Positions 10,334 to 18,774 of a stretch of 64,000 nucleotides of DNA are shown one piece after another (position 1 is the first letter of the stretch; the number at the start of each line of letters is the position of its first letter). The DNA comes from an uncultured Candidatus Saccharibacteria bacterium. Lineage in GTDB: Bacteria; Patescibacteriota; Minisyncoccia; UBA6257; UBA9933. Under the pieces are notes generated by a model. That model was not told the origin of the DNA. It did not search any database and saw only the letters and a list, made by a program, of their open reading frames with translations. A program made the position numbers and the translations under genes. The stretch covers positions 65,801 through 129,800 of the forward strand of contig CAZXNT010000002.1 in NCBI GenBank assembly GCA_964642155.1, in the 5' to 3' direction.

Positions 10334-10724
10334 AATGGATATATCTTTTAAAAAAATTAAATCAATACCCAAAGAAAAGAAACGAGACGCTTTGTATATG
10401 GCGGCAACACTTGTTGTTATTATTTTAATAATCGGTATTTTTGTTTTTTCTTTAAATATCGTTATACGGGCGATTGACGCGGCTTTTGTAATCGGCGGAG
10501 AAGATGTCTCTTCGGAAATTTTATCGTTTAATTTGGACGATTTTGTTAAAATTGCTTTACGGTTAGGGATTAGTTTTAATCCGTCTGAAACACCTAAGGA
10601 AAACATTACTTCTGTTGTTCCGGTTGTTGAACAGCCGATTATTATTTCTCCGCCTCAGCCAACATTAACAGAGGAATCTGTTTCAACGTCAACTGAGGGT
10701 GTTTCCACCACTACGCCGATATAA
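10311..10724 (+). CDS. small membrane protein with Ser/Thr/Pro-rich C-terminus, hypothetical
   Basis: Likely real start is the MDISFKK methionine near 10335. One TM helix. Last gene of the pilus-like operon. Confidence 0.3.
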   Translation: MGKFLLNKMDISFKKIKSIPKEKKRDALYMAATLVVIILIIGIFVFSLNIVIRAIDAAFVIGGEDVSSEILSFNLDDFVKIALRLGISFNPSETPKENITSVVPVVEQPIIISPPQPTLTEESVSTSTEGVSTTTPI

Positions 10725-10795
10725 TTTTCGGGCTGCTGGGAATTGAACCCAGTCCTCGTCGCCTGCGGCGCCAGTGAATGCTTTTAGTATTCCCG

Positions 10796-10893
10796 TTTAA
10801 ATTCTTTTTCGGGACGCCGAGAATCGAACTCGGACTTCGTGTTCCCAAAACACGTATACTACCACTATATTACGTCCCGAAAAAGAATTTAAA
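10796..10893. repeat. perfect 14-nt inverted repeat (TTTAAATTCTTTTT / AAAAAGAATTTAAA) immediately flanking tRNA-Pro
   Basis: Arms at 10796-10809 and 10880-10893. The stem extends coaxially from the tRNA-Pro acceptor stem. Confidence 0.8.
10809..10879 (-). tRNA. tRNA-Pro (anticodon TGG)
   Basis: Cloverleaf on the minus strand. Acceptor CGGGACG/CGTCCCG. D-loop AGTGGTA. Anticodon stem CGTGT/ACACG with loop TTTGGGA. T-arm CCGAG-TTCGATT-CTCGG. No CCA encoded. Confidence 0.85.
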
Positions 10894-11010
10894 CCCTAAA
10901 ACACGTATACTGCCGGTATACTACAGCCCGTTAATAAAAAGTATTTTATCACCGCGTTTCTTTACTTACAAGGAGTTTTTTGGTTAAATATGCATTAGTA
11001 AAATAAATTT

Positions 11011-11082
11011 GCCCCCATAGCTCAATGGATAGAGCAGTGCTCTTCTAAGGCATTGATGTGGGTTCGATTCCTGCTGGGGGCA
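11011..11082 (+). tRNA. tRNA-Arg (anticodon TCT)
   Basis: Acceptor GCCCCCA/TGGGGGC. D-arm GCTC-AATGGAT-AGAGC. Anticodon loop CTTCTAA. T-arm GTGGG-TTCGATT-CCTGC. Confidence 0.85.
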
Positions 11083-11136
11083 TAATAAAGATTGAAAAAA
11101 ATATAAGTTTTGTTATGATATAAAAAATTTAATAAT

Positions 11137-11147
11137 GCCGCGGTAGC
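11137..11147 (+). pseudogene. 11-nt fragment identical to the 5' end of the downstream tRNA-Phe (GCCGCGGTAGC), abutting a hairpin repeat
   Basis: Exact match to the tRNA-Phe acceptor/D-stem start. The tRNA-like sequence is disrupted beyond that point. Confidence 0.3.
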
Positions 11148-11199
11148 CCCGACGCAAGGTCGGGGCTCCGACCTCCGACGTAAAGTCGGAGCGTCGGAG
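11147..11199. repeat. tandem GC hairpin repeat, family B (CCCCGAC-GCAAG-GTCGGGG then nested CTCCGAC..TCCGACGTAAAGTCGGA..GTCGGAG)
   Basis: Perfect palindromes. The same hairpin pair recurs at 16317-16355 and 41016-41054. Confidence 0.8.
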
Positions 11200-11230
11200 C
11201 TCAATGTAGTTAAGAATTCAAAATAACTAT

Positions 11231-11497
11231 ATGTCTTATGTTTATATTTTAGAAAGTATAAAAGATGGTAGATATTATATTGGGAGTACTATTGATTTAA
11301 AAAAACGATTTTTGCATCATAAAAGTGGCGGAACACCTTCTACTAAAAGATTTGGAGAAATAAAATTAATTTTTAGTCAAGAATTTAATACATTAAAAGA
11401 AGCAAGATATATTGAGAGACGATTAAAGAAATTTAAAAGAAAAGATTATTTAGAAAAGATAATAAACGACGGTTTTATAAAAATTAAATATAAATAA
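11231..11497 (+). CDS. GIY-YIG nuclease superfamily protein (small stand-alone, UPF0213/Slx1-like)
   Basis: YVYILES..DGRYYIGSTIDLKKRFLHH matches the GIY-(x10)-YIG motif with a conserved Arg. 88 aa. Confidence 0.7.
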   Translation: MSYVYILESIKDGRYYIGSTIDLKKRFLHHKSGGTPSTKRFGEIKLIFSQEFNTLKEARYIERRLKKFKRKDYLEKIINDGFIKIKYK

Positions 11498-11498
11498 C

Positions 11499-11570
11499 GC
11501 CGCGGTAGCTCAGTGGTGGAGCGCATCCCTGAAGAGGATGGCGTCGGGGGTTCGATTCCCTCCCGCGGCA
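11499..11570 (+). tRNA. tRNA-Phe (anticodon GAA)
   Basis: Acceptor GCCGCGG/CCGCGGC. D-arm AGCTCAGTGGTGGAGC. Anticodon stem CATCC/GGATG with loop CTGAAGA. T-arm GGGGG-TTCGATT-CCCTC. Confidence 0.9.
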
Positions 11571-11648
11571 CACGAACGAACCATATTTTAATTTTGCTTG
11601 CACTGAGCGAAGTCGAAGTGGGGGAAGAAAATTTTTTAACCACATAAT

Positions 11649-12650
11649 ATGAATACAAAGGGATTTATAAATATTATTTTAATTATCATTATAGCGGTTT
11701 TAATTAGTACGGCAGGTTATTTCATTTTTATTAGAAAATCAGAAGTCCCGATAGAAAAGAATATTATTCCTGATTCTTCTGATTTTTCTCCGGAAAATCC
11801 TCATTCTACTACAACTTCAGTTGTGGCTGATAGTTACGGAAAAGACGTCTTAATAGATGCGGGGGGTTTTAAATTTTCAATAAGAAAAGTCAGTCCTCCT
11901 AAATTTGGTCCGGAGTATACATTAGAAATTGAAACAATGGCTTCTTCTTCGGCCGACTATTTAAACAGAAAAGCATATATTGAATATTATGAGCGTGATT
12001 TAGGTATCAATTCGGATGGTAGGAATATAGTGGACATTGAAACATACCTTGTGTTTGAATATAAAACCGAGTACGGTATCTCAAAAGATTATTTTTACCT
12101 TCATGACAATTTTCCTAGATACATAAGTCGGCTTTTTTTTAGCCTCGATGGAAAAGATCTGTTTCTTACTTTAGATAGCAGTAAGCATAATTATTACGCA
12201 CAGAGCGTGATTCACTTTCAATTCACATCAGGGACCATTATACATGTATATAGTGAAATTTTATGTAGTACGGGTCTCGTCGAAGGCGAACTAATTGGTA
12301 ATATCGGAAAAAGCAATTTGGCGGTTTATATTGAAAAATCACAGGAATATAAAGATTTTCTAAAGACGAAGGATCTCGAATGCTACTATCCTTTTGATGA
12401 ATATGTCGCAGTAGATCCAATTGAAAATCGCGCCTGTCTAAATTCGCTTGAAAAATATTCTGACGATGGTGATTCCGTTTGGCTCTTAAACCTTCAGACA
12501 AGCGAAAGAAAGCAACTCTATAAAAATCTAGAGAACCCCAGTGAATTATGCAGAAATAAGAAACGGGTAGTTAAAAGTGCAGAATGGACAGACTCCGGTA
12601 AGATAAAAATTACAACAACGGATCGAGAATTTCTTGTTAGTCAATTTTAA
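11649..12650 (+). CDS. hypothetical membrane-anchored or secreted protein
   Basis: 333 aa. N-terminal TM or signal anchor. No recognisable domain. Confidence 0.4.
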   Translation: MNTKGFINIILIIIIAVLISTAGYFIFIRKSEVPIEKNIIPDSSDFSPENPHSTTTSVVADSYGKDVLIDAGGFKFSIRKVSPPKFGPEYTLEIETMASSSADYLNRKAYIEYYERDLGINSDGRNIVDIETYLVFEYKTEYGISKDYFYLHDNFPRYISRLFFSLDGKDLFLTLDSSKHNYYAQSVIHFQFTSGTIIHVYSEILCSTGLVEGELIGNIGKSNLAVYIEKSQEYKDFLKTKDLECYYPFDEYVAVDPIENRACLNSLEKYSDDGDSVWLLNLQTSERKQLYKNLENPSELCRNKKRVVKSAEWTDSGKIKITTTDREFLVSQF

Positions 12651-12748
12651 AACAATTATTATACATAATTCAACGCAAAAGACCCATTATTCTCTTCCTT
12701 TTTTAATTTAAAAATATCTTGCCGTCAAAGAAAAACTTGATTCGTTTT

Positions 12749-13273
12749 TTATATCTTCTTCGCCGATTCATCAAAAACTTTTTCCAGAATTTCCAAATCT
12801 TTTTTGCTGATTTTTTTTAATACAAAAGCTGACGCTTTTGCGCGCTGACTAACACGGACTTGACGCGGACTTATACGGACTGGTGGTCTAATGCCGATTC
12901 GCAAACGCCAGAAATTTTTGGTTTTAAGAGATTTTATTATTGATTCAACTCCGTTGTGTCCGGCTGAACCGCGACCGAAGGAAATTTTATATTTTCCGAT
13001 TTCAATATCCGAATCGTCATGGGCGATTAAAATTTCTTCCGGTTTTATGCCGCGTTTTTTTAATGTTTTGGCGACAAAGCCGCCGGATTCATTCATGTAA
13101 ACGTCGGTTTTTAATGGTTTTAAAATTGAAAATTGAAAATTGAAAATTTGAAGGTTTTTTATTAAATAGTCAATAAATAAAAAACCGACATTGTGATATG
13201 TCTTTTCATATTCTTTGCCCGGATTGCCTAAGCCGATAACAAGTTTGATATTTTGCGGGGCTTGATATTTCAT
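12749..13273 (-). CDS. pth: peptidyl-tRNA hydrolase
   Basis: N-terminal LVIGLGNPGKEYEKTYHNVGF and MNESGG motifs. Carries two in-frame repeat insertions (NLQIFNFQFSIL and RISPRQVRVS). Confidence 0.8.
   Translation of the reverse strand: MKYQAPQNIKLVIGLGNPGKEYEKTYHNVGFLFIDYLIKNLQIFNFQFSILKPLKTDVYMNESGGFVAKTLKKRGIKPEEILIAHDDSDIEIGKYKISFGRGSAGHNGVESIIKSLKTKNFWRLRIGIRPPVRISPRQVRVSQRAKASAFVLKKISKKDLEILEKVFDESAKKI
12852..12880. repeat. CGGACTT-unit repeat, family C, inside pth (encodes RISPRQVRVS on the minus strand)
   Basis: ACACGGACTTGACGCGGACTTATACGGA is near-identical to 50966-50993 inside murD. Confidence 0.8.
13122..13150. repeat. tandem heptamer AAATTGA x4, family D, inside pth
   Basis: Sequence AAATTGAAAATTGAAAATTGAAAATTTGA. 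Similar heptamer runs at 23423-23443 and 27343-27368. Confidence 0.7.
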
Positions 13274-13302
13274 AATTTAAATTATAAAATATAGCCACAA
13301 AA

Positions 13303-13851
13303 ATGAAAGCCTTTATTTATGCCATCTGGGAAATCGTTGAAGTGGCTGTTATCGCCATAGTTTCCGTATTGATAATCCGCAACTTTTTAGTTCAGCCCTT
13401 TTTAGTTAATGGCGCCAGTATGGAGCCGAATTTTCACAATAACGATTATTTAATTGTTGATGAAATTTCTTATCGTTTCAAAGAGCCACAGCGCGGGGAG
13501 GTGGTGGTTTTCAAATATCCGGGAGATGAAAGATATTTTTATATTAAAAGAATTATCGGGTTGTCGGGCGAAGAAGTTGAAATTAAAGACGGCAAAGTGA
13601 TTATTTTCAATAAAGAATTTCCCGAGGGTTTTATTTTAAGTGAACCATATCTCCCGAATAATTTGATAACTTCCGGAAATAAAAGAGTAAAAATAGACGA
13701 TGATAAATATTTTGTTTTGGGCGACAACAGGAATTTTAGTTTTGATTCAAGAGGTTGGGGATTACTTGATAGGAAAGAAATTGTCGGTATAACCCGTTTG
13801 CGCCTTTGGCCGCTTAATAAAGTAATGGCGTTTGAGAAACCGGCGTATTAA
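13303..13851 (+). CDS. lepB: signal peptidase I
   Basis: GASMEP (Ser box), KRIIGLSGE (Lys box) and GDNRNFSFDSRGWG box E. Confidence 0.85.
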   Translation: MKAFIYAIWEIVEVAVIAIVSVLIIRNFLVQPFLVNGASMEPNFHNNDYLIVDEISYRFKEPQRGEVVVFKYPGDERYFYIKRIIGLSGEEVEIKDGKVIIFNKEFPEGFILSEPYLPNNLITSGNKRVKIDDDKYFVLGDNRNFSFDSRGWGLLDRKEIVGITRLRLWPLNKVMAFEKPAY

Positions 13852-13881
13852 AAAAATCTAAAATTCAAAATCCTAAATAAT

Positions 13882-15204
13882 ATGCCAAAAATTAAAAAAC
13901 AGTCGAAAAAGAAAAAAGCGGTAAAATCAAAAAAAGAAAAAGTGATTTTACAGTCGCCGAAAGGCATGCGCGATATTTTACCGAATGACCAGCCGTTTTG
14001 GGAAAAAGCGCGAAAATCAGTGAATAAAATCGCCGACTCTTTTAATTTTTTAAGAATTGACACGCCGATTTTAGAAACAGCCGATATTTTTGAACGCACC
14101 GGCACGGGAACGGACATTGTTGAAAAACAAATGTATTTCGTCAAATCCAAAGGAGAAAATCGTTTGGTTTTGAGGCCGGAAGGAACCCCGTCCGTAATGA
14201 GAGCTTACATTCAACACGGTTTGTCAAAAATATCCCAACCGATAAAACTTTTTTATATTGGTCCGGTTTTCAGGCATGAACAGCCTCAATCCGGAAGATT
14301 CCGACAGCATCATCAGGTTGGCTTTGAAATTTTAGGAGGAAATTCCGACCCGATTTACGACGCGGTCGCGATTTTAATTCTTTTTCGGTTGCTTGAAGAA
14401 TTAAAAATAAAAAATTTAATCGTTCAAATTAACAGTATTGGCTGTAAATCGTGTCGTTCGGCTTATGTTAAAAAGCTTCAGGAATATTATAGAAACAAGC
14501 AAAGCAAAATTTGCAAAGATTGTCATCAGCGATTTCCGGTTCGCCCCCTGCGTCTTCTTGATTGCAAAAATGAAACTTGCGCTCAGATTAAAACCGGCGC
14601 ACCGCTCATTATAGACAGACTATGCAACAATTGTAAAAATAATTTAAAGGCGGTTTTGGAGCATTTGGACGAGCTTAAAGTTCCATATTCCATAAATCCT
14701 TATTTGGTGAGGGGATTGGATTATTACAACGGCCCGGTATTTGAAATTTTTACCGAACAATCTTCGGAAATCAATTTCGCTTTGGCAGGCGGCGGAAGAT
14801 ATGATTATTTGGCGGAAATGCTCGGCGGAACAAAGACATTCGCGGTTGGCGGCGGGATGGGAATGGAGCGCGCGATTGAAGTTATGAAATTTCAGCAATT
14901 AGCCGGTTTAGCTAAGAACGAATTAAAAGTTTTTTTGGTCCACATCGGGAACGAGGCGAAGAAAAAAAATCTTATTATTTTTGAAGAATTAAGAAAGGCC
15001 GGCATCAAGGTTTCCGAGTCGTTTGGCAAAGATTCTCTTAAATCCCAGCTTCGGGTGGCTAATAAAGCTAACGCGATATTAACTTTAATTCTTGGGCAGA
15101 AAGAAGTTTTTGAAGAAACAATCATAATCAGGAATATGAAAACCGGCGTTCAGGAAACCGTGCCGATTAGCAAAGTGGTGGAAGAAGTAAAAAAAAGACT
15201 ATAA
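13882..15204 (+). CDS. hisS: histidyl-tRNA synthetase with a Lys-rich N-terminal extension
   Basis: PKGMRDILP, RPEGT and a Cys-containing LNSIG-type insertion domain. Motif 3 is GGGRYD. Confidence 0.9.
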   Translation: MPKIKKQSKKKKAVKSKKEKVILQSPKGMRDILPNDQPFWEKARKSVNKIADSFNFLRIDTPILETADIFERTGTGTDIVEKQMYFVKSKGENRLVLRPEGTPSVMRAYIQHGLSKISQPIKLFYIGPVFRHEQPQSGRFRQHHQVGFEILGGNSDPIYDAVAILILFRLLEELKIKNLIVQINSIGCKSCRSAYVKKLQEYYRNKQSKICKDCHQRFPVRPLRLLDCKNETCAQIKTGAPLIIDRLCNNCKNNLKAVLEHLDELKVPYSINPYLVRGLDYYNGPVFEIFTEQSSEINFALAGGGRYDYLAEMLGGTKTFAVGGGMGMERAIEVMKFQQLAGLAKNELKVFLVHIGNEAKKKNLIIFEELRKAGIKVSESFGKDSLKSQLRVANKANAILTLILGQKEVFEETIIIRNMKTGVQETVPISKVVEEVKKRL

Positions 15205-15214
15205 AGCTTTGCTT

Positions 15215-15302
15215 TAATTCAGAATTAAGAATTAAGAAAAAAATTAAACCGCTAATTCTGAATTTATAATTCTGAATTTTGAATTAGCGAGCGAAGCGAG
15301 CT
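15215..15302. repeat. family A inverted-repeat element (GAATTMAGAATT units) ending exactly at the HIT gene ATG
   Basis: Sequence ..TTCAGAATTAAGAATTAAG..AATTCTGAATTTATAATTCTGAATTTTGAATTAGCGAGCGAAGCGAGCT-ATG. Its tail matches the one at 31611-31630. Confidence 0.75.
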
Positions 15303-15638
15303 ATGGATTGCTTATTTTGCAAAATCGCCAATAAAAATATAGCAACAGATTTCATTTTTGAAGATGACAGTATTATGGTTTTTAAAGATATTCATCCGTC
15401 AGCGCCTATCCATCACTTAATAGTTCCCAAAGAGCACATTCAGTCAATAAACCATTTGGAAAGCAATCATCAAGAAATTATTTCCAAAATGATTTTTATT
15501 GCCAAGAAAATGGCGGAGAATTTGGGATTAAAAGGATATAAATTAGTTTTTAACGTCGGCCGTGAAGGCGGGCAGGTGATTGACCACTTGCATTTACATC
15601 TCTTGGGCGGGTGGAAGAAATCCCCGGAAATTATTTAA
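15303..15638 (+). CDS. HIT family hydrolase
   Basis: Histidine triad HLHLHLLGG. N-terminus CLFCKI. Confidence 0.85.
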   Translation: MDCLFCKIANKNIATDFIFEDDSIMVFKDIHPSAPIHHLIVPKEHIQSINHLESNHQEIISKMIFIAKKMAENLGLKGYKLVFNVGREGGQVIDHLHLHLLGGWKKSPEII

Positions 15639-17503
15639 TCCAGCTTATAAATAAAGATTGATGTTCCAACGCGGTAATCCGGTTTATGCGGATTTTTTAT
15701 TTTTTGGAGCCATTGGTATTCGTCTTCGGGATTGCGTTGTTGTCCCGGATGAAGTTTTCCCGTAGCGTTTTGTAAAGTATTTATTGAAACGGCCAGCCAT
15801 TTTATATTTTCGTAAATCGGATTGTCTCGCGAAGATTGCCAGTATTCAACTTTATTGCCCAGATAATATTTGGGATTTCCTCCGCCGAAATAATCAATTG
15901 CAATTTTATCAATATTTTGGCCGGTCGGAGGATTATCAACAAACTTTTTGAGCTGTTTTAAATCCTGTCCCCAGTCATAATTTGAATCAACGGCATTTTT
16001 ATAGCCGTTCCAAATTCCGCCACCAAACTGATTGAAATAAGAAAGATAATGCGGGGTGGCGAATAAAGTTTCCAAAGCAAACCATAGAAGTAGCATGGCT
16101 AATAAACATTTGCGGATTGTTGATGAATTAACCATTTTTTTGGCTGCGGAGGCCGTTAGAATATAAATAAAAGGCATTGTCGGCAAAATATGGCGGATGC
16201 CGATATTAAGCGGACTTTTGATGCTATAGAGCCAGTAAAAAATCGCGAAAGACAGCATTGAAAATTCAGCAAAATGGAGAGCGAGATAGTCGTTTAAATT
16301 GGTTTGTAGTTTATAGCTCCGACGTAAAAGTCGGAGTCCCGACCTTGCGTCGGGATTTATAGTCCGTAGTTTTTTATAAATTAACCAAATACTAAATAGA
16401 AAAGTGAGTAAGATTAAAATTAAAGACGGAATAGGCTCTTTTAAGATGAATAAAATCGGAAAATAATACCACCAGCCGCTGGCCGAAACTTCTCCGAGAA
16501 AATATCCGGTATTGCCACCGGAAGAGCGTTGAATCACCATTAAAACGCCAAGCATATATTCGGCGAAGGGACGTAAAAATTTATTGCCGGACATCCAAAT
16601 ATTGGCGTCCGCCAGGCATCGCATCGGTTTGCAATTTTCGCCGGCTGGAGTCGGTTTTCCGGCAAAGGAAGTTAAAGTAATTTCCGTGTCGGATTTTTGT
16701 TTTTCTATTGGGTAGTTTATCGTAAATATGAAATAAACGGCGTAAACAACGGCATAGCCAATCAAAAAAATAACAAAAATGTTTTTTATGTATTGGAAAG
16801 CTTGAATAAAAAACTTTTTAGATATAGTTACTTCGCGGATATAAAAAACAATAATTAAAAAAATAAAAAAGGGGATAATTAAAACCGAGGAAAATTTAAG
16901 AAGTTGGGCAATACCAAATGAAACGCCGGCGAAAACGAGATATTTTTTTGATGGGGTTGAAAGAAATTTTACAAAAAAATATAAGGCGCAAAAAATTCCC
17001 AAAGCCGCGCCGATATCGGTTGTTACATAATGCCCGTGCGCTAATACGGTTGGCGATAGTCCGAATAAAAAAGCCGGCAACAAAGCCCACCAGCGGCCGA
17101 TAATTTCTTTTGACCAAATATAAATAAAAATTATTAAAATCAATGTTAATAGCATCGGTCCCAGCCGTGACCATTGGATTATTTTATCGGCGTCATTGCC
17201 TGATTCGTATAAAAATTGCGCGCCCGCGACCCATTGACCGTTAATGTCCATTTGCCATGAAGATTTATCAATTGGAAAGCCGAGATTTTGGAAAATTAAA
17301 GGAAAAGCCGCAATCGCTTTTACCAAGGGCGGATGTTCAGGGTTTAACCGATAATCAAGATATTTTACATATCCGTATCCAGCCGGAATATGCGCCAATT
17401 CGTCCATTGTAGCGGATTCTTGAAGCGAAGCGTTAAGCATTAAACCGAAAGAAATTAAAACAATCACGCCGAGCAATATCCAATTAAGATTATTTTTTAT
17501 CAT
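15635..17503 (-). CDS. GT-C family membrane glycosyltransferase (GT39/GT83, PMT/ArnT-like)
   Basis: 622 aa and polytopic. A DE motif in the first loop (SATMDELAH). Contains the in-frame family B hairpin pair. Confidence 0.7.
   Translation of the reverse strand: MIKNNLNWILLGVIVLISFGLMLNASLQESATMDELAHIPAGYGYVKYLDYRLNPEHPPLVKAIAAFPLIFQNLGFPIDKSSWQMDINGQWVAGAQFLYESGNDADKIIQWSRLGPMLLTLILIIFIYIWSKEIIGRWWALLPAFLFGLSPTVLAHGHYVTTDIGAALGIFCALYFFVKFLSTPSKKYLVFAGVSFGIAQLLKFSSVLIIPFFIFLIIVFYIREVTISKKFFIQAFQYIKNIFVIFLIGYAVVYAVYFIFTINYPIEKQKSDTEITLTSFAGKPTPAGENCKPMRCLADANIWMSGNKFLRPFAEYMLGVLMVIQRSSGGNTGYFLGEVSASGWWYYFPILFILKEPIPSLILILLTFLFSIWLIYKKLRTINPDARSGLRLLRRSYKLQTNLNDYLALHFAEFSMLSFAIFYWLYSIKSPLNIGIRHILPTMPFIYILTASAAKKMVNSSTIRKCLLAMLLLWFALETLFATPHYLSYFNQFGGGIWNGYKNAVDSNYDWGQDLKQLKKFVDNPPTGQNIDKIAIDYFGGGNPKYYLGNKVEYWQSSRDNPIYENIKWLAVSINTLQNATGKLHPGQQRNPEDEYQWLQKIKNPHKPDYRVGTSIFIYKLD
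16317..16355. repeat. family B hairpin pair (39 nt) inside the GT39 CDS, flanked by a 7-bp direct repeat TTTATAG
   Basis: CTCCGACGTAAAAGTCGGAG plus TCCCGACCTTGCGTCGGGA. TTTATAG at 16310-16316 and 16356-16362. Confidence 0.8.
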
Positions 17504-18363
17504 AATTCAAGTCCTTTTATGTATTTTTTTAATTCAGATTTGGTTTCTTTGTGTTGAAGGCCGGAATCAATAGTCGCTTTTAGAAAACCTATTTTTGTGC
17601 CACAGTCGTATCTCTTGCCTTCAAATTGGTAGCCATAAACCGCTCTTTTTTTGGCAACCGCAAGCAAAGCGTCTGTTAAAAATAATTCTCCTTTTGTTTT
17701 TATTTTTTTCAATTCCCTTATAACTTCCGGAGTTATTATGTATTTCCCGACTATTGCCAAATCAGACGGTTCTGTTCCAAGTTTGGGTTTTTCCACCAGA
17801 TTATTTATTTGAAAAGTTCTGGGCGCTATTTTAACGCCGTCAATAACTCCGTATTTATGAATTTCTTTTCGCGGTATTTTTTCAAGGGCGACAACCGGGT
17901 CTTGATATTTATTATACACTTCTATCAGTTGCAAAAGCGCGGGTTTTTTATTAAATACCAAATCGTCTCCGTAAAGTATTGCCACCGGCTCGTCTCCGAT
18001 TAAATGGCTCGCGCATAATATGGCGTCACCGGCTCCCTTGGGTTCTTTTTGTCGGACATAAGTGAATTTTGCCATATTAGAAATTTCCCTGATGGTTTTT
18101 AACAGTTCTTTTTTTCCGTTACTGTTTAATATTTGTTCCAATTCGTAAGCGTAATCAAAATGGTCTTCAATGGCTCGTTTGCCCCGGCCGGTAACAAAAA
18201 TAATTTCTTCAATACCCGAAGCAACGGCTTCTTCAACCAGATATTGGATAATCGGCTTATCAACAATCGGTAGCATTTCTTTTGGTTGGGCTTTTGTCGC
18301 CGGAAGGAATCTGGTGCCCATGCCGGCTACCGGAAGAATGGCTTTTTTAATTTTAGTAGTCAT
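17500..18363 (-). CDS. galU: UTP--glucose-1-phosphate uridylyltransferase
   Basis: AILPVAGMGTRFLPATK, EMLPIVDKP and VEKP motifs. Confidence 0.85.
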   Translation of the reverse strand: MTTKIKKAILPVAGMGTRFLPATKAQPKEMLPIVDKPIIQYLVEEAVASGIEEIIFVTGRGKRAIEDHFDYAYELEQILNSNGKKELLKTIREISNMAKFTYVRQKEPKGAGDAILCASHLIGDEPVAILYGDDLVFNKKPALLQLIEVYNKYQDPVVALEKIPRKEIHKYGVIDGVKIAPRTFQINNLVEKPKLGTEPSDLAIVGKYIITPEVIRELKKIKTKGELFLTDALLAVAKKRAVYGYQFEGKRYDCGTKIGFLKATIDSGLQHKETKSELKKYIKGLEL

Positions 18364-18774
18364 ATTATAAATTATATGTAAGAATAGTCAGCGTTATTTA
18401 CATCAAGCGTAAAATCTTTTTCCGCCGTATAAACAGCAAACACAAAATCATTTCTTTAACCCGCTCACGCCCCGCTTTGCGGGACTGCGCTTCCGTTAAG
18501 GTTTCAGAAATAATTTTATGTTTGCTGTTTTCTCCTACCCCGACATGCTGGCTTGAAAAAGATTTTACGTCTGATTCTATCTTTATATCTCGGACAAATT
18601 GTTTTTCAGAACATCCCGCAGGGCTGGTGGGCTTGGTCTCGGAGCGAAGCGGAGAGCCGCCAGCCCGAGGGCGAAGAAAATTTTGCCGCTGGAGCAAAAT
18701 TATTCTGCTTCTGAAAAATAATTTGTCCGAGAATATTGTAAGTAACGCTATAAAATCTTACAATTATATTATAA

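Larger units (their letters stand above)
10729..10930 (-). other. interrupted tRNA-like gene: 5' half (10930 down to about 10885) and 3' half (about 10795 down to 10729) with perfectly complementary acceptor strands, flanking an inserted tRNA-Pro
   Basis: Minus strand 5' piece is CGGGCTG-TA-GTATACCGGCAGTATAC-GTGTTTTAGGG (acceptor, D-arm, anticodon region with TAG). 3' piece is ...GGCGCCGCAGGCG...CTGGG-TTCAATT-CCCAG-CAGCCCG (long variable arm, T-arm, acceptor). CGGGCTG/CAGCCCG pair over 7 bp. Confidence 0.45.

Noticed and set aside
10778-11658. ORFs 10778-10987(+), 11022-11204(-) and 11446-11658(-)
   Set aside because: They overlap tRNA-Pro, tRNA-Arg, tRNA-Phe and the hairpin repeats. They have no SD and carry tRNA-derived amino-acid strings.
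13882-13965. The Lys-rich 28-aa N-terminal extension of HisS as a separate feature or a mis-called start
   Set aside because: An in-frame ATG with the conserved PKGMRDILP lies just downstream. The extension may be real or a start-codon overcall, and cannot be decided from sequence.
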